This document shows, one piece after another, positions 8,931-17,622 of a stretch of DNA of 64,000 nt. Every line of letters begins with the position of its first letter. The stretch's first letter is position 1. The translations under genes and the position numbers were made by a program. Location: assembly GCA_963807605.1 (NCBI GenBank), contig CAWECG010000001.1:32001-96000 (forward strand), in the 5' to 3' direction. Source of the stretch: Candidatus Bathyarchaeota archaeon (lineage in GTDB: Archaea; Thermoproteota; Bathyarchaeia; 40CM-2-53-6; RBG-13-38-9). Below the pieces are notes generated by a model that did not search any database, was not told where the DNA came from, and saw nothing but the letters and a program-made list of their open reading frames with translations.

Positions 8931-9600
8931 AGGCGAACTCTTCATATCCGTTCTCACTCGCGGGTCTAGTAGTGAGGATTTCAGGGAGACCTTTGAACAA
9001 TTACAGAAGCCACCGGATACGCTTATTGACTGGGAGTTTGGCAGGCATGTTGCGAAGGCTCGTAATGACGGAGTTGTCCGCTTTTTCAAGACAGACCGGG
9101 AATACTTGCTCTTCATAGATAATGATGAGATATTTCCACATAGCGAAGTTGTAATGAAGCTATTGTCAGACGATCAGGACATTGTGTCTGGCTTATACTT
9201 CAACCGTAGAAGTCCTTTCAACCCGTTACTGTTCTACAAGATAGATCACACATTCCAGCTGAAATATAATGCAGATGACTATCCAAAGAACCGGCTTGTA
9301 GAGGTTGAAGGATGCGGAGCCGGCTTATTACTGATTAAGCGCCACGTCCTCGAGAAGATTGCTCCACCATGGTTTGACTATCATGAGCAATGGCTTCACA
9401 TTGGGGATACGATTATCCGTGAGGCTTGGGGTGAGGATATTGAGTTCTGCCAGAAAGCACGGCGGGCAGACTTCCGCGTCTACGTTGACACAGGCGCAGC
9501 CGCATTACACCCCGCAACTATTCCTATCGGTCCGCGTGAGTTGATGGATGATTGGGAGAAGGTTGTTGCTCAACGCGACTGTGTATCACTCGGTAACTAG
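8923..9600 (+). CDS. GT-A fold (GT2-like) glycosyltransferase
   Basis: AKARN...YLLFIDND (DxD), IVSGLY, GCGAGLLLIKR, GEDIEFC. Confidence 0.88.
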   Translation: MFEGELFISVLTRGSSSEDFRETFEQLQKPPDTLIDWEFGRHVAKARNDGVVRFFKTDREYLLFIDNDEIFPHSEVVMKLLSDDQDIVSGLYFNRRSPFNPLLFYKIDHTFQLKYNADDYPKNRLVEVEGCGAGLLLIKRHVLEKIAPPWFDYHEQWLHIGDTIIREAWGEDIEFCQKARRADFRVYVDTGAAALHPATIPIGPRELMDDWEKVVAQRDCVSLGN

Positions 9601-9897
9601 GTGAAATTCTCTTTGGGCGAAATAGTCTTCAGGTGCCCCCGCTGTCATAGAGTCTTTACTGGCAGCGACCAGCTTTACTCAATGCCCTGCGAATGTCATC
9701 TTGACTGTGACCAGTGTGGGCATATTGGAACCTTAACGATTCCTGTCACTAGGCAATTAACTGGGTCCATGTGGCCTGTCTGGTCGGATCCACATCCCTG
9801 GGGATCCTACCTGCAATGCAATTTCTGCGGTGCCTTGAGTGCGAAGCCGATTATGGATGCTTTGCCAACCAGTGAATGGAAGTTCGACGTTGCCTAG
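9601..9897 (+). CDS. Multi-CxxC zinc-finger protein
   Basis: CPRC, CEC-x3-CDQC, CNFC. Confidence 0.7.
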   Translation: MKFSLGEIVFRCPRCHRVFTGSDQLYSMPCECHLDCDQCGHIGTLTIPVTRQLTGSMWPVWSDPHPWGSYLQCNFCGALSAKPIMDALPTSEWKFDVA

Positions 9898-10612
9898 CAT
9901 AGCCGTCTTAACTCCTATTCCACCCCGGATTACTAATAATATTTTTGAGCCGATGAAGAGCTGGAGCAGCCTTCAAGGCACCTTTGATCACTATCTCTGT
10001 GGATCTCAAGGCGTAGACCTCTCAAAGCTTCCTCTGAAGAAATATGTGATGCACTACCGGCAACCGAGGAAGTATCCGGGTGTTCCTGAAGATTGGCAGA
10101 AGCTTTACCGAATCGCTGACGCCCGCAACATCCTCCGAGAATATGGGGAAAACTACGATTACGGTCTCTATTTGGACGCTGACATTGAGGTTCCACCGGA
10201 CCTACTTGAGCGATTAATCCGTCATGGAAAAGACATCATCAGCCCACTTGTCAGGGTTCCAACAAGCGTCGGATTGGGCTGGGGCTTCGGCTACTTCAAG
10301 AATCCTCTGCGAGATGGCTGGGTGAACAAGGAAATTCGTGAGCCTCTGCAAAGAGTTGACGCGGTCTGTACTTCTTGTATGCTTCTCTCGAATCAAGTGA
10401 TGAATGATCAAGAAGTTGGTTTCAAGCCAGTTAAATTAAGAGAGGATTTATACGCGGGTGAGGATCACGGGTTCTGTTATCTTGCTGGAAAGGCCGGCTA
10501 CGAAGTTTACGTGGACACAACCTTTGAGGTTAAGCATTGGAAGGTCTGTTGGAATCATCAGAAACTAAAGCTGGAATTGAGACCGCTGGGTGAACTTGGC
10601 TGCCCAATATAG
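9890..10612 (+). CDS. Second GT-A fold (GT2-like) glycosyltransferase (likely TTG start at 9890; frame open from 9839)
   Basis: IADARN...LYLDAD (DxD), KDIISP, VCTSCMLL, GEDHGFC...YVD. Confidence 0.88.
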   Translation: MPSIAVLTPIPPRITNNIFEPMKSWSSLQGTFDHYLCGSQGVDLSKLPLKKYVMHYRQPRKYPGVPEDWQKLYRIADARNILREYGENYDYGLYLDADIEVPPDLLERLIRHGKDIISPLVRVPTSVGLGWGFGYFKNPLRDGWVNKEIREPLQRVDAVCTSCMLLSNQVMNDQEVGFKPVKLREDLYAGEDHGFCYLAGKAGYEVYVDTTFEVKHWKVCWNHQKLKLELRPLGELGCPI

Positions 10613-11487
10613 CGCCTTTCACCGTCGCGCAGATTGAGACAGCTAACCAATGCAATGAACACTGTCTCTACTGTGCTTTCAAAAATCAGGATTGGCACCT
10701 ACCCGTCGGTGAGATGCCGCTTCCCACCTTCCAGAAGATCCTCAGCCAGATAGGGTCGCGAAGCCTCTACGATATACGTCCCTTCTACAGTGGAGATCCG
10801 CTCCTTGAGAAAAGAATGCCTAAGATCCTGCAGATGATTAAGGACTATTGCCATGCGAGGACGACTATTTACACGAATGGAGCCTTTCTAGATGGTAGAC
10901 GGATCCTACTGGATCCTAATCTTGACGAGGTTCACTTCACAATCAGCGCGGCGACACCTGAAACCTATGCGAGGGTTCACGGTCGACCGTTCTTCAGTAA
11001 TGCGGTTGGAACCGTGCGGTGGCTTGAGAACAGGCGTAGAGAAGCCCTACGGATCCTAATTCACTTCGTCATTGTTGATGATAACTTTCATGAGATTGAG
11101 GAGTGGAAGCAGCTCTTTGAAGGTTTCGAGCAGGTAATCTCACCGATCGTGAAGAATCAAGACCTGCAAGTTTCAGAGAAATACAACACTCACAGCATTC
11201 AAGAACAGCATGAGCGCGGAACCTTCAAAGGTGATATGGGTGGGATGCCCTGTGTTCTCTACAATAACCTGACAATTGATTGGATGGGGCGTTACCTTCA
11301 ATGTTGCACCTTCTACGATCCCTCACACTGGAATTATGGAACTGTGCATGAGAAGACCGTTGACGAGGCGTGGGCGGAGCGTCAAGCAAATAGATTGCAT
11401 AATCCGATCTGCGACAGCTGCAACCTGAAAAATAAGAATTACCGAAGCATAATTGCCGACTTGGAAATGAAGGCACTATTTAGGTGA
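10600..11487 (+). CDS. Radical SAM enzyme with SPASM/Twitch domain; probable CTG start
   Basis: CNEHCLYC (CxxxCxxC) is encoded upstream of the ORF-track ATG at 10714; GDPLL, YTNG; C-terminal C...CC...CDSC; in-frame TGA at 10591 and SD GGTGA 6 nt before the CTG. Confidence 0.87.
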   Translation: MPNIAPFTVAQIETANQCNEHCLYCAFKNQDWHLPVGEMPLPTFQKILSQIGSRSLYDIRPFYSGDPLLEKRMPKILQMIKDYCHARTTIYTNGAFLDGRRILLDPNLDEVHFTISAATPETYARVHGRPFFSNAVGTVRWLENRRREALRILIHFVIVDDNFHEIEEWKQLFEGFEQVISPIVKNQDLQVSEKYNTHSIQEQHERGTFKGDMGGMPCVLYNNLTIDWMGRYLQCCTFYDPSHWNYGTVHEKTVDEAWAERQANRLHNPICDSCNLKNKNYRSIIADLEMKALFR

Positions 11488-11495
11488 AATGAAAA

Positions 11496-11870
11496 TTGTC
11501 CTTATGGCTTGCAGCATCCGATGTTAGGCCGCTATCGCCGGGTGTTTTACCTGCATCGCTTGGCTTCACAGATGACTCCGCTTTCAACAGTTGGATTGAG
11601 TCAAGTCTCCTGCCAATGTGTCAGAGTATTATTGAGGATTTCTGCGAGCAAACCTTCGATCCCACAACGGTTCCCGCCTCCATCAAGGCCGTCTGCGCTC
11701 TCTTAGCCGGTCGAATTATGAAGGAGGGCATGCTTCTAGGCGGATCCTCTACTCAGCATCTCGCAGACTTCTCCGTGCAAGTCACAGCCTTCAAAGTCTT
11801 CGACACAGACCTCAAGGATCTATTGCTGCCCTACGCGAAGAGTCGAGGCATCTTCCTCAAAACCTGGTAA
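11496..11870 (+). CDS. Head-tail adaptor (gp6/gp15-like)
   Basis: Size and position; IIEDFC...VPASIK...DLLLPY pattern. Confidence 0.75.
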   Translation: MSLWLAASDVRPLSPGVLPASLGFTDDSAFNSWIESSLLPMCQSIIEDFCEQTFDPTTVPASIKAVCALLAGRIMKEGMLLGGSSTQHLADFSVQVTAFKVFDTDLKDLLLPYAKSRGIFLKTW

Positions 11871-11879
11871 GAGAGTTGA

Positions 11880-12236
11880 GTGCAAATGATGGATGTTGTT
11901 TCCTCAATCATACTGGGTTATGGTGAAAGTCTAGAAATCATGCGTCAAATTCAAACTGGAATAGACCCTTATGGAAAGCCAATCTTTACGTGGGAAACCG
12001 CTGCAACCGAGTACATTTTCATTCAGCCGCTCACAAGCAAAGAAGTCTTCGGCTCAGGCGGCCAATACAGCATCGATGATGCGAAAGGATTCTTCATGAA
12101 GACCAGCGTAACACAGGAGAATGATCAAATAGTTTGGGGCGGCGTTACCTATGCGGTTCGTGGTCTCCAACCTTTAAGGGCTAACAGCATCACGATGTTT
12201 CTACGCTCCTATTTGAAGCGAGTAATCGGGGCTTGA
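11880..12236 (+). CDS. Head closure/stopper protein (SPP1 gp16-like)
   Basis: GIDPYGKP...IQP...NDQIVWGGVTYAV pattern. Confidence 0.75.
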   Translation: MQMMDVVSSIILGYGESLEIMRQIQTGIDPYGKPIFTWETAATEYIFIQPLTSKEVFGSGGQYSIDDAKGFFMKTSVTQENDQIVWGGVTYAVRGLQPLRANSITMFLRSYLKRVIGA

Positions 12237-12237
12237 C

Positions 12238-13662
12238 ATGGAAGATCCTAAACAACTCATAGTCTCACTGTTGAACGGTCACATCGAAGTCTATGACGAT
12301 GCTGGGGCACTAGTTCCGGTGAGTGTGAGCGCAGCCTGGCCGCAGATCGCCATGACCTTTCCCTATGTGAGCGTAGGCCCGGAACTTGGAACCCACGACG
12401 ACCCGGAAGGACTGGGCGCCATCAAGTTCAAGAGTGAAGGAGTTTACCAGATTGATATCTGGTGTAAGCTGCCTCCAGCAAATAACTATTCGACTGATCG
12501 ATTGCTCTTCGATATCCGCCAGGAAATCAAGCGGTTAGTCAAAGCCTCGATGTTCAATCCTGACCCAAGCATCCAGTATGTTCTTCCTACCTTCTGGCAT
12601 GAAACCTTCGACGAGACTCTGCTGGCGAATCGATTGACCGGCCAGATCTCAGTCATCTACCGGGAGGATCGGCTCATCTCTGGTAGCAAGCGTAAGCCAG
12701 AATCACCGTTTATACTCCAAGATCTCCTAAGTTTCTCTGAAGAATACGGTATAATCCCTATGATAACTCATGAGGGCTTTCTCTACGTTGGAACCTGGAC
12801 TACTCCAGGGCAGATTACCAAGATTGACCTTTCAACATTTACAAAGGTTAGTACGCTCACGCTTAGTACAGCCACTCACCTCGGTTTTCTAGCTGTGAAG
12901 GATGGTTTTCTCTACGCTAGTTGTGAAAGCTTCCCTACTGGAGCCCTAGTCAAAGTTGATCTAGCTACCTTTACTGAAGTTGCCACGCTTACATTCGATG
13001 ATATTAGTTACTTGGAAAATATTGTCTTTGATGATAATTATCTCTATGCTACAAGTCGCATGGCGCAGCCTGGAATCATTCTTCGAGTCAATCTTTCAAC
13101 ATTTACTCGTGACAGTGTACTCACATTCAATACTGGCGAGGACTACAGCCAATCTTTGAATATCAAGAATGGATTTCTCTACGCTGGATGCAATACTTCT
13201 CCAATTCAAATCGTCAAAGTTGACACTTCCACATTCACTGAGGTTTCAACGCTTACACTCGGTGATGGAGAAGAATACCTGGATGGAAACACCAGCATTA
13301 TCATTGGAAACAATCTGTATGTTGGATGCTACTCTACTCCTGCAATGCTTGTTCAAGTTGACTTAGCATCTTTCACTGAAATAGCGACACTAGACTTTGG
13401 TACAAACTCCTCTTACATTACTACTATGACTTCTGACAATTATGGATTTCTCTATCTTGGATTAGTAATTTACAATACTTATCCAATGCTGGCTCAGGTC
13501 GACCCGTCCACAATGAGTATTATTGGCTACGTGCTACCATTGCCAAATTATACTGGAGGAAACATTTACGGCCTCGTAGTCGACAGCGATTGCTTCTATG
13601 CTGCAAACTATGATCTCACACCTGGAGTAATATCGAAGGGACCTACTGTCATCAGTTCCTAG
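12238..13662 (+). CDS. Tail terminator-like domain fused to a ~7-bladed beta-propeller
   Basis: N-terminal FPYVSVG...YQIDIW; about seven ~44-aa repeats of the type GFLYxG..PGxIxKVDLSTFTEVxTLT. Confidence 0.72.
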   Translation: MEDPKQLIVSLLNGHIEVYDDAGALVPVSVSAAWPQIAMTFPYVSVGPELGTHDDPEGLGAIKFKSEGVYQIDIWCKLPPANNYSTDRLLFDIRQEIKRLVKASMFNPDPSIQYVLPTFWHETFDETLLANRLTGQISVIYREDRLISGSKRKPESPFILQDLLSFSEEYGIIPMITHEGFLYVGTWTTPGQITKIDLSTFTKVSTLTLSTATHLGFLAVKDGFLYASCESFPTGALVKVDLATFTEVATLTFDDISYLENIVFDDNYLYATSRMAQPGIILRVNLSTFTRDSVLTFNTGEDYSQSLNIKNGFLYAGCNTSPIQIVKVDTSTFTEVSTLTLGDGEEYLDGNTSIIIGNNLYVGCYSTPAMLVQVDLASFTEIATLDFGTNSSYITTMTSDNYGFLYLGLVIYNTYPMLAQVDPSTMSIIGYVLPLPNYTGGNIYGLVVDSDCFYAANYDLTPGVISKGPTVISS

Positions 13663-13711
13663 GAGAAATTTTATGACTATTTCAACAGATTTTCTTGAAC
13701 CACAAATCCTA

Positions 13712-13733
13712 GTCACGGCCGAAAGGCCATGAT
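13712..13733 (+). promoter_or_regulatory. GNRA-capped leader hairpin upstream of the major tail gene
   Basis: GTCA-C-GGCC-GAAA-GGCC-A-TGAT, followed by SD AAGGAGG. Confidence 0.6.
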
Positions 13734-13750
13734 AAAACAATTAAGGAGGA

Positions 13751-14170
13751 ATGGAAATGTCTTTACCCGTTAAGGGATGGATTGGCAGACTCAGAATTGC
13801 CACCACTGACGTCGGACTCACAACCAATGTCACTGGAATCACCAACGTCTCACCAAACCTGACAAATAATGTTACGGCAGCATATGAGCTTGGCAGCAGG
13901 CTACCTCAAGCCGTCCTCGAAGGCAACATTAAACTGGACATGACAATAACCAGATTTTACATTGATAACACTTGGTTCAACTATGCGTACAGCGCGACAG
14001 CTCAGACAGCATACTACGTCCGCATATACCCACAAGGAGACGGCACAGGAATGCCGTATGTTGAGTACCTTGGTAAGTTTAGCAGCTGGAAGCTAACAGA
14101 GGCACAAGCAAACGAGGTTACTGAGCAATTGACCTTTGAGGGAAGCGCAGTAAGCATAGGAACGGCGTAG
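13751..14170 (+). CDS. Major tail tube protein 1
   Basis: Position, strong SD, YELGSRLP...EGNIK motif; paralog of the next gene. Confidence 0.75.
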   Translation: MEMSLPVKGWIGRLRIATTDVGLTTNVTGITNVSPNLTNNVTAAYELGSRLPQAVLEGNIKLDMTITRFYIDNTWFNYAYSATAQTAYYVRIYPQGDGTGMPYVEYLGKFSSWKLTEAQANEVTEQLTFEGSAVSIGTA

Positions 14171-14185
14171 GGGAGAAGGCCTGAA

Positions 14186-14866
14186 ATGTCTTTACCCTTC
14201 AAAGGATGGAATGGAGCCCTCGTCTTCTCAGGCGACCTAGTGAAGGAAGAATGCGTCGGCTCACCCGCAGTTGCGGCTCAGACAATCTTCTACACCAACT
14301 CGTTTCCCATCGTGAACTCTTCAACTAGAGTAGTCACAGACACGTCGTCCGACATCACCGTCTACGATAACGGCTCAGTCGTCGACTCTGGCAACTACAC
14401 CATCGTCGGAAGCCTCGGCAAGATAACATTTGGCACAGCCCCAGGAGCAGGACATGAGATCCTAGTCACATACAGTTACACCCTCACGGCTGGCTTCATT
14501 CAGAACGCCGGCATCGAGACTGACAACAAACTAGACGGCATCTACGGATATGGCAGTAGACTTCCTGGAGCAATCGGGGAAGGAGATATCACAATTAAGC
14601 TTACTTGCCAACGAGCCTTCGTCGATAGAGATCTGGTAGGCAAAGCCATAGCGGAGCTTGGGGAAACAACCTTCGGCGAAGGATCTGAAAGATTGCCCGC
14701 GTTCACAATCAACTTGTATCCTAAAGGAGTTGTGTCCACAGCGCCGTACTTCATCCTGACCGGAGCCAAGTGCAACACTTGGAAGCTGAACGGTCCACAA
14801 AACGCATGGGTCACTGAAGACTCGGAATTTCTCTGCGCCACGATAACCCCGGCAACGGTAAGCTAG
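14186..14866 (+). CDS. Tail tube protein 2 with an inserted accessory beta-domain
   Basis: MSLPFKGW...YGYGSRLP...EGDIT, homologous to the preceding ORF; insert ITVYDNG...GKITFGTAP...VTYSY. Confidence 0.72.
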   Translation: MSLPFKGWNGALVFSGDLVKEECVGSPAVAAQTIFYTNSFPIVNSSTRVVTDTSSDITVYDNGSVVDSGNYTIVGSLGKITFGTAPGAGHEILVTYSYTLTAGFIQNAGIETDNKLDGIYGYGSRLPGAIGEGDITIKLTCQRAFVDRDLVGKAIAELGETTFGEGSERLPAFTINLYPKGVVSTAPYFILTGAKCNTWKLNGPQNAWVTEDSEFLCATITPATVS

Positions 14867-15358
14867 ATGAGCAAGAACAAGAAGCCACGCCAAACCTCGG
14901 GAGAGATCGAGGTGAAGCGACAGCAAATAGTATCAAGAGCCAAGGCATTAGAGGACGCTCAACGTGCAGAGGAGGAACTCCTAGCCAGGGCTGAGAAAGC
15001 CGCCTACCTCACCCTTGAGGAAATCATCGCCAAAGAACCTAAGATGATCGAGGTCTACGTGCCCGCCCTCGACTGTAAGATCAAGATTAAACCTATCAAC
15101 GTGGAGGACTACCTCAAGAGCCTGAAGTTCAGATCCCAACGAGACGAGGAGGGCACGATGAACTACTTCGTCCACATGCTTCTAAGCTCGTGGGGCAAAT
15201 GTGACCCGACAGTCACCGAGGAAAAACTGCGAAAGATGAACCTCGCCACCCTCGTCAAGATAACCGCGGCGATCCCGATACCCAAGATAGACATTACACA
15301 GAACCCTTTACGATTGAATCAGTTAAAGCCGCCGCCCGAACCCCGGAAGGCCGCGTAG
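14867..15358 (+). CDS. Tail assembly chaperone (gpG-like)
   Basis: Lies between tail tube and TMP; slippery heptamer CCCTTTA at 15304-15310. Confidence 0.78.
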   Translation: MSKNKKPRQTSGEIEVKRQQIVSRAKALEDAQRAEEELLARAEKAAYLTLEEIIAKEPKMIEVYVPALDCKIKIKPINVEDYLKSLKFRSQRDEEGTMNYFVHMLLSSWGKCDPTVTEEKLRKMNLATLVKITAAIPIPKIDITQNPLRLNQLKPPPEPRKAA

Positions 15359-15492
15359 TCTTCGTACTGCAAGACCGTTTCGGCAAGATCGAGAACATTG
15401 GCCAGCTTCAACTCGTCCAAGAATTGTTTCTCTTAGAGTCTATGAAGTATGAGAACGAGCTGATTGAGAAGGCGAGGAAGGGCAAGAAGTGA
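15304..15492 (+). other. -1 frameshift extension (gpGT-like) of the tail assembly chaperone
   Basis: C CCT TTA (X XXY YYZ) in the correct phase; the -1 frame is open for 62 codons (FTIESVKAAARTPEG...RKGKK) and ends in a GTGA overlap with the next gene. Confidence 0.8.
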
Positions 15493-15839
15493 GCATCACC
15501 ATTCACCTAAAGGTCACGAAGGATACGGTGACGGCTCGACTTGACGAGTTGAAAGCAAAGATCCCCGACGTCGCCACGACGACTATGAAGGAATACACGG
15601 ATAAGATGGCGGCGATGGCCGAGGCTCAATGCCCCGTCGACACGGGTTATCTACTGTCAAGGATCTACTCAACAATTCTCGGCCCAATGAGTGTCGTCTT
15701 TGGAGATGACGCCAGCTACGCCGGCTTCGTCGATGGTGGAACCTACAAGATGGCCGCGCGTCCCTTCCTGACCAGCAGTGAACTCGCCTACGAGCGGGCG
15801 CTCGCTGATGCTCTCGCCGCGGATATAATCGCAATCTAG
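15489..15839 (+). CDS. HK97 gp10-like tail completion protein
   Basis: CPVDTGYL...YAGFVDGGTYKMAARPFL signature. Confidence 0.88.
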   Translation: MSITIHLKVTKDTVTARLDELKAKIPDVATTTMKEYTDKMAAMAEAQCPVDTGYLLSRIYSTILGPMSVVFGDDASYAGFVDGGTYKMAARPFLTSSELAYERALADALAADIIAI

Positions 15840-15858
15840 TTTAGGAAAGGGTTGAATC

Positions 15859-17622
15859 TTGTCGTTTGACTCAGCGGTTGAATTTGCCCTTACGGCCGAG
15901 GACGAGTACTCAGACGTCTTCAACGATCTAAAGTCACAGATCGAAGCGCTCAGCGGAGACATCACCGTCGGCATCACCGCGGATACAAGCGCCCTCGACG
16001 ACGTCAAGTCCGCGATCGCTGAGTTAAGCGGAGCCAGCGAAATCGATATTCCCGTCAACGTGACAGGTGACGCTTCGGACCAGATCTCTACTATCTCCGC
16101 CGACGTCGCAAACCTAAGCGGGCAAACGGCCGACATCACCGTGAACGTTGATGATGAAGCCTCAACAACACTGGCCGATCTTCAATCACAAGTGGACGCT
16201 CTTTCCAGCGGCGCCACTATTGGCGTCTCTACAACGGGCGGCGTGGGAGCCGCGGCGGGCGGGGTTGGGGGTCTTGGTGAGGCAGCGGCTGGCGCTGGAG
16301 GCGCTGGCTTACTTGCCGCCGCTGGGCCTATCGGGGTTGCTGTTGGCGCGGTAGTCGGCGCCGGCGCTGCTCTTAGCAGCGTGTCTGGTCAAGCCGCCAC
16401 GGCGCAAGACTCTATAACCCGGCTTCAACTTGCCGTTACAAATTCTGGCACTGCATGGTCTGACGTCGCCGATAAGACGAACGCCTACATTACAACATTG
16501 TCAGAGGCTACGGGTGTCAGTCACACCGCAATCGAAAGTACGGCCGCCGACCTTCTGTTGATGGGCATGAACTATACGACCGCGATGGGTACCGTCGCCA
16601 GCGCTCTTGACCTCGCCGCCGCGAAGCAGATCGACGTTGAAACCGCCGCGAACATGTTGGGCAAGGCGTGGGAGGGCAACTACACGATCCTGACCCGGTA
16701 TGGGATCGTGGTCGACGCGGCTACTAAGAAGACTGGCGACTGGGGCGCAATCCTCGACATCGTCGAACAACACTTCAAGGATGCCGCGGTCACAATGGGA
16801 GACACATTCAGCGGTGAGATGGGGAAGGCGACTAATGCGTGGAACGCCTTCCAGTCAACAATCGGTTCTGGAATAAACTGGTTAGGAAGCACGGTAATTA
16901 CTGGCCTTATGAGCGTATTTGGACTGGGTGGTGCACCTTCAACGGCACCGTCAATCGCGGGTCAGCCTATGCAGGGGATGGCCGCCCAGACCGCTCTCAG
17001 CACACTTGCAACCGAGCCCGCCGCCACGGTAACGACTCCCCTCGCAACAACGGCGAAGGCAACCGTTGACACCGCCGCTACGGTTCAGAACTTGATGACT
17101 CAGACGCAGTATCAATCGGACCTAATTGCTCAGCAGACCGCGGCCGTGTCAGACCTCTCAGGTAATCTTGAAAGATTCGTCACGACGGCGCCCACGCCTA
17201 CCGTCGCCGCCGCGGGATCGTCGAGTTGGCAACACGCCCAGGGCGGAGGCATTATTCCTAGGATGTCTGGGAAGGGCACACCTATACTCGCCGCGGAACA
17301 GGAGCCGGAAGCAATCGCGCCAATATCAGACCTTCAATCAATGATGGAACAGTGGGGCGCCAGCCTCGTCGGCAAGATCGCTCCGAGCCACTTCGGCACC
17401 TCGCCGAATATTCCGGTTCCAGCGCCGGGGCACTTTGGTTCTTCGCCGAATATTGGTGTTCAACCCGGCGGCCAGCAGACGCAGAAGGTTGAGCATACCT
17501 TTACGATCAATGTGCGTGGAGCCACAACGACTGACCTTCAGTTTGCTAATCAGGTGGCGAAGCAGCTCTCACAACTGAATGCTTTGAAAGGTACAAGTGG
17601 GAGGTCGTGGTCAAACGCATAA
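15859..17622 (+). CDS. Tape measure protein
   Basis: Ala/Gly-rich helical protein; LGKAWEGN...LTRYGI core; C-terminal GGII...EPEAIAP motif. Confidence 0.88.
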   Translation: MSFDSAVEFALTAEDEYSDVFNDLKSQIEALSGDITVGITADTSALDDVKSAIAELSGASEIDIPVNVTGDASDQISTISADVANLSGQTADITVNVDDEASTTLADLQSQVDALSSGATIGVSTTGGVGAAAGGVGGLGEAAAGAGGAGLLAAAGPIGVAVGAVVGAGAALSSVSGQAATAQDSITRLQLAVTNSGTAWSDVADKTNAYITTLSEATGVSHTAIESTAADLLLMGMNYTTAMGTVASALDLAAAKQIDVETAANMLGKAWEGNYTILTRYGIVVDAATKKTGDWGAILDIVEQHFKDAAVTMGDTFSGEMGKATNAWNAFQSTIGSGINWLGSTVITGLMSVFGLGGAPSTAPSIAGQPMQGMAAQTALSTLATEPAATVTTPLATTAKATVDTAATVQNLMTQTQYQSDLIAQQTAAVSDLSGNLERFVTTAPTPTVAAAGSSSWQHAQGGGIIPRMSGKGTPILAAEQEPEAIAPISDLQSMMEQWGASLVGKIAPSHFGTSPNIPVPAPGHFGSSPNIGVQPGGQQTQKVEHTFTINVRGATTTDLQFANQVAKQLSQLNALKGTSGRSWSNA

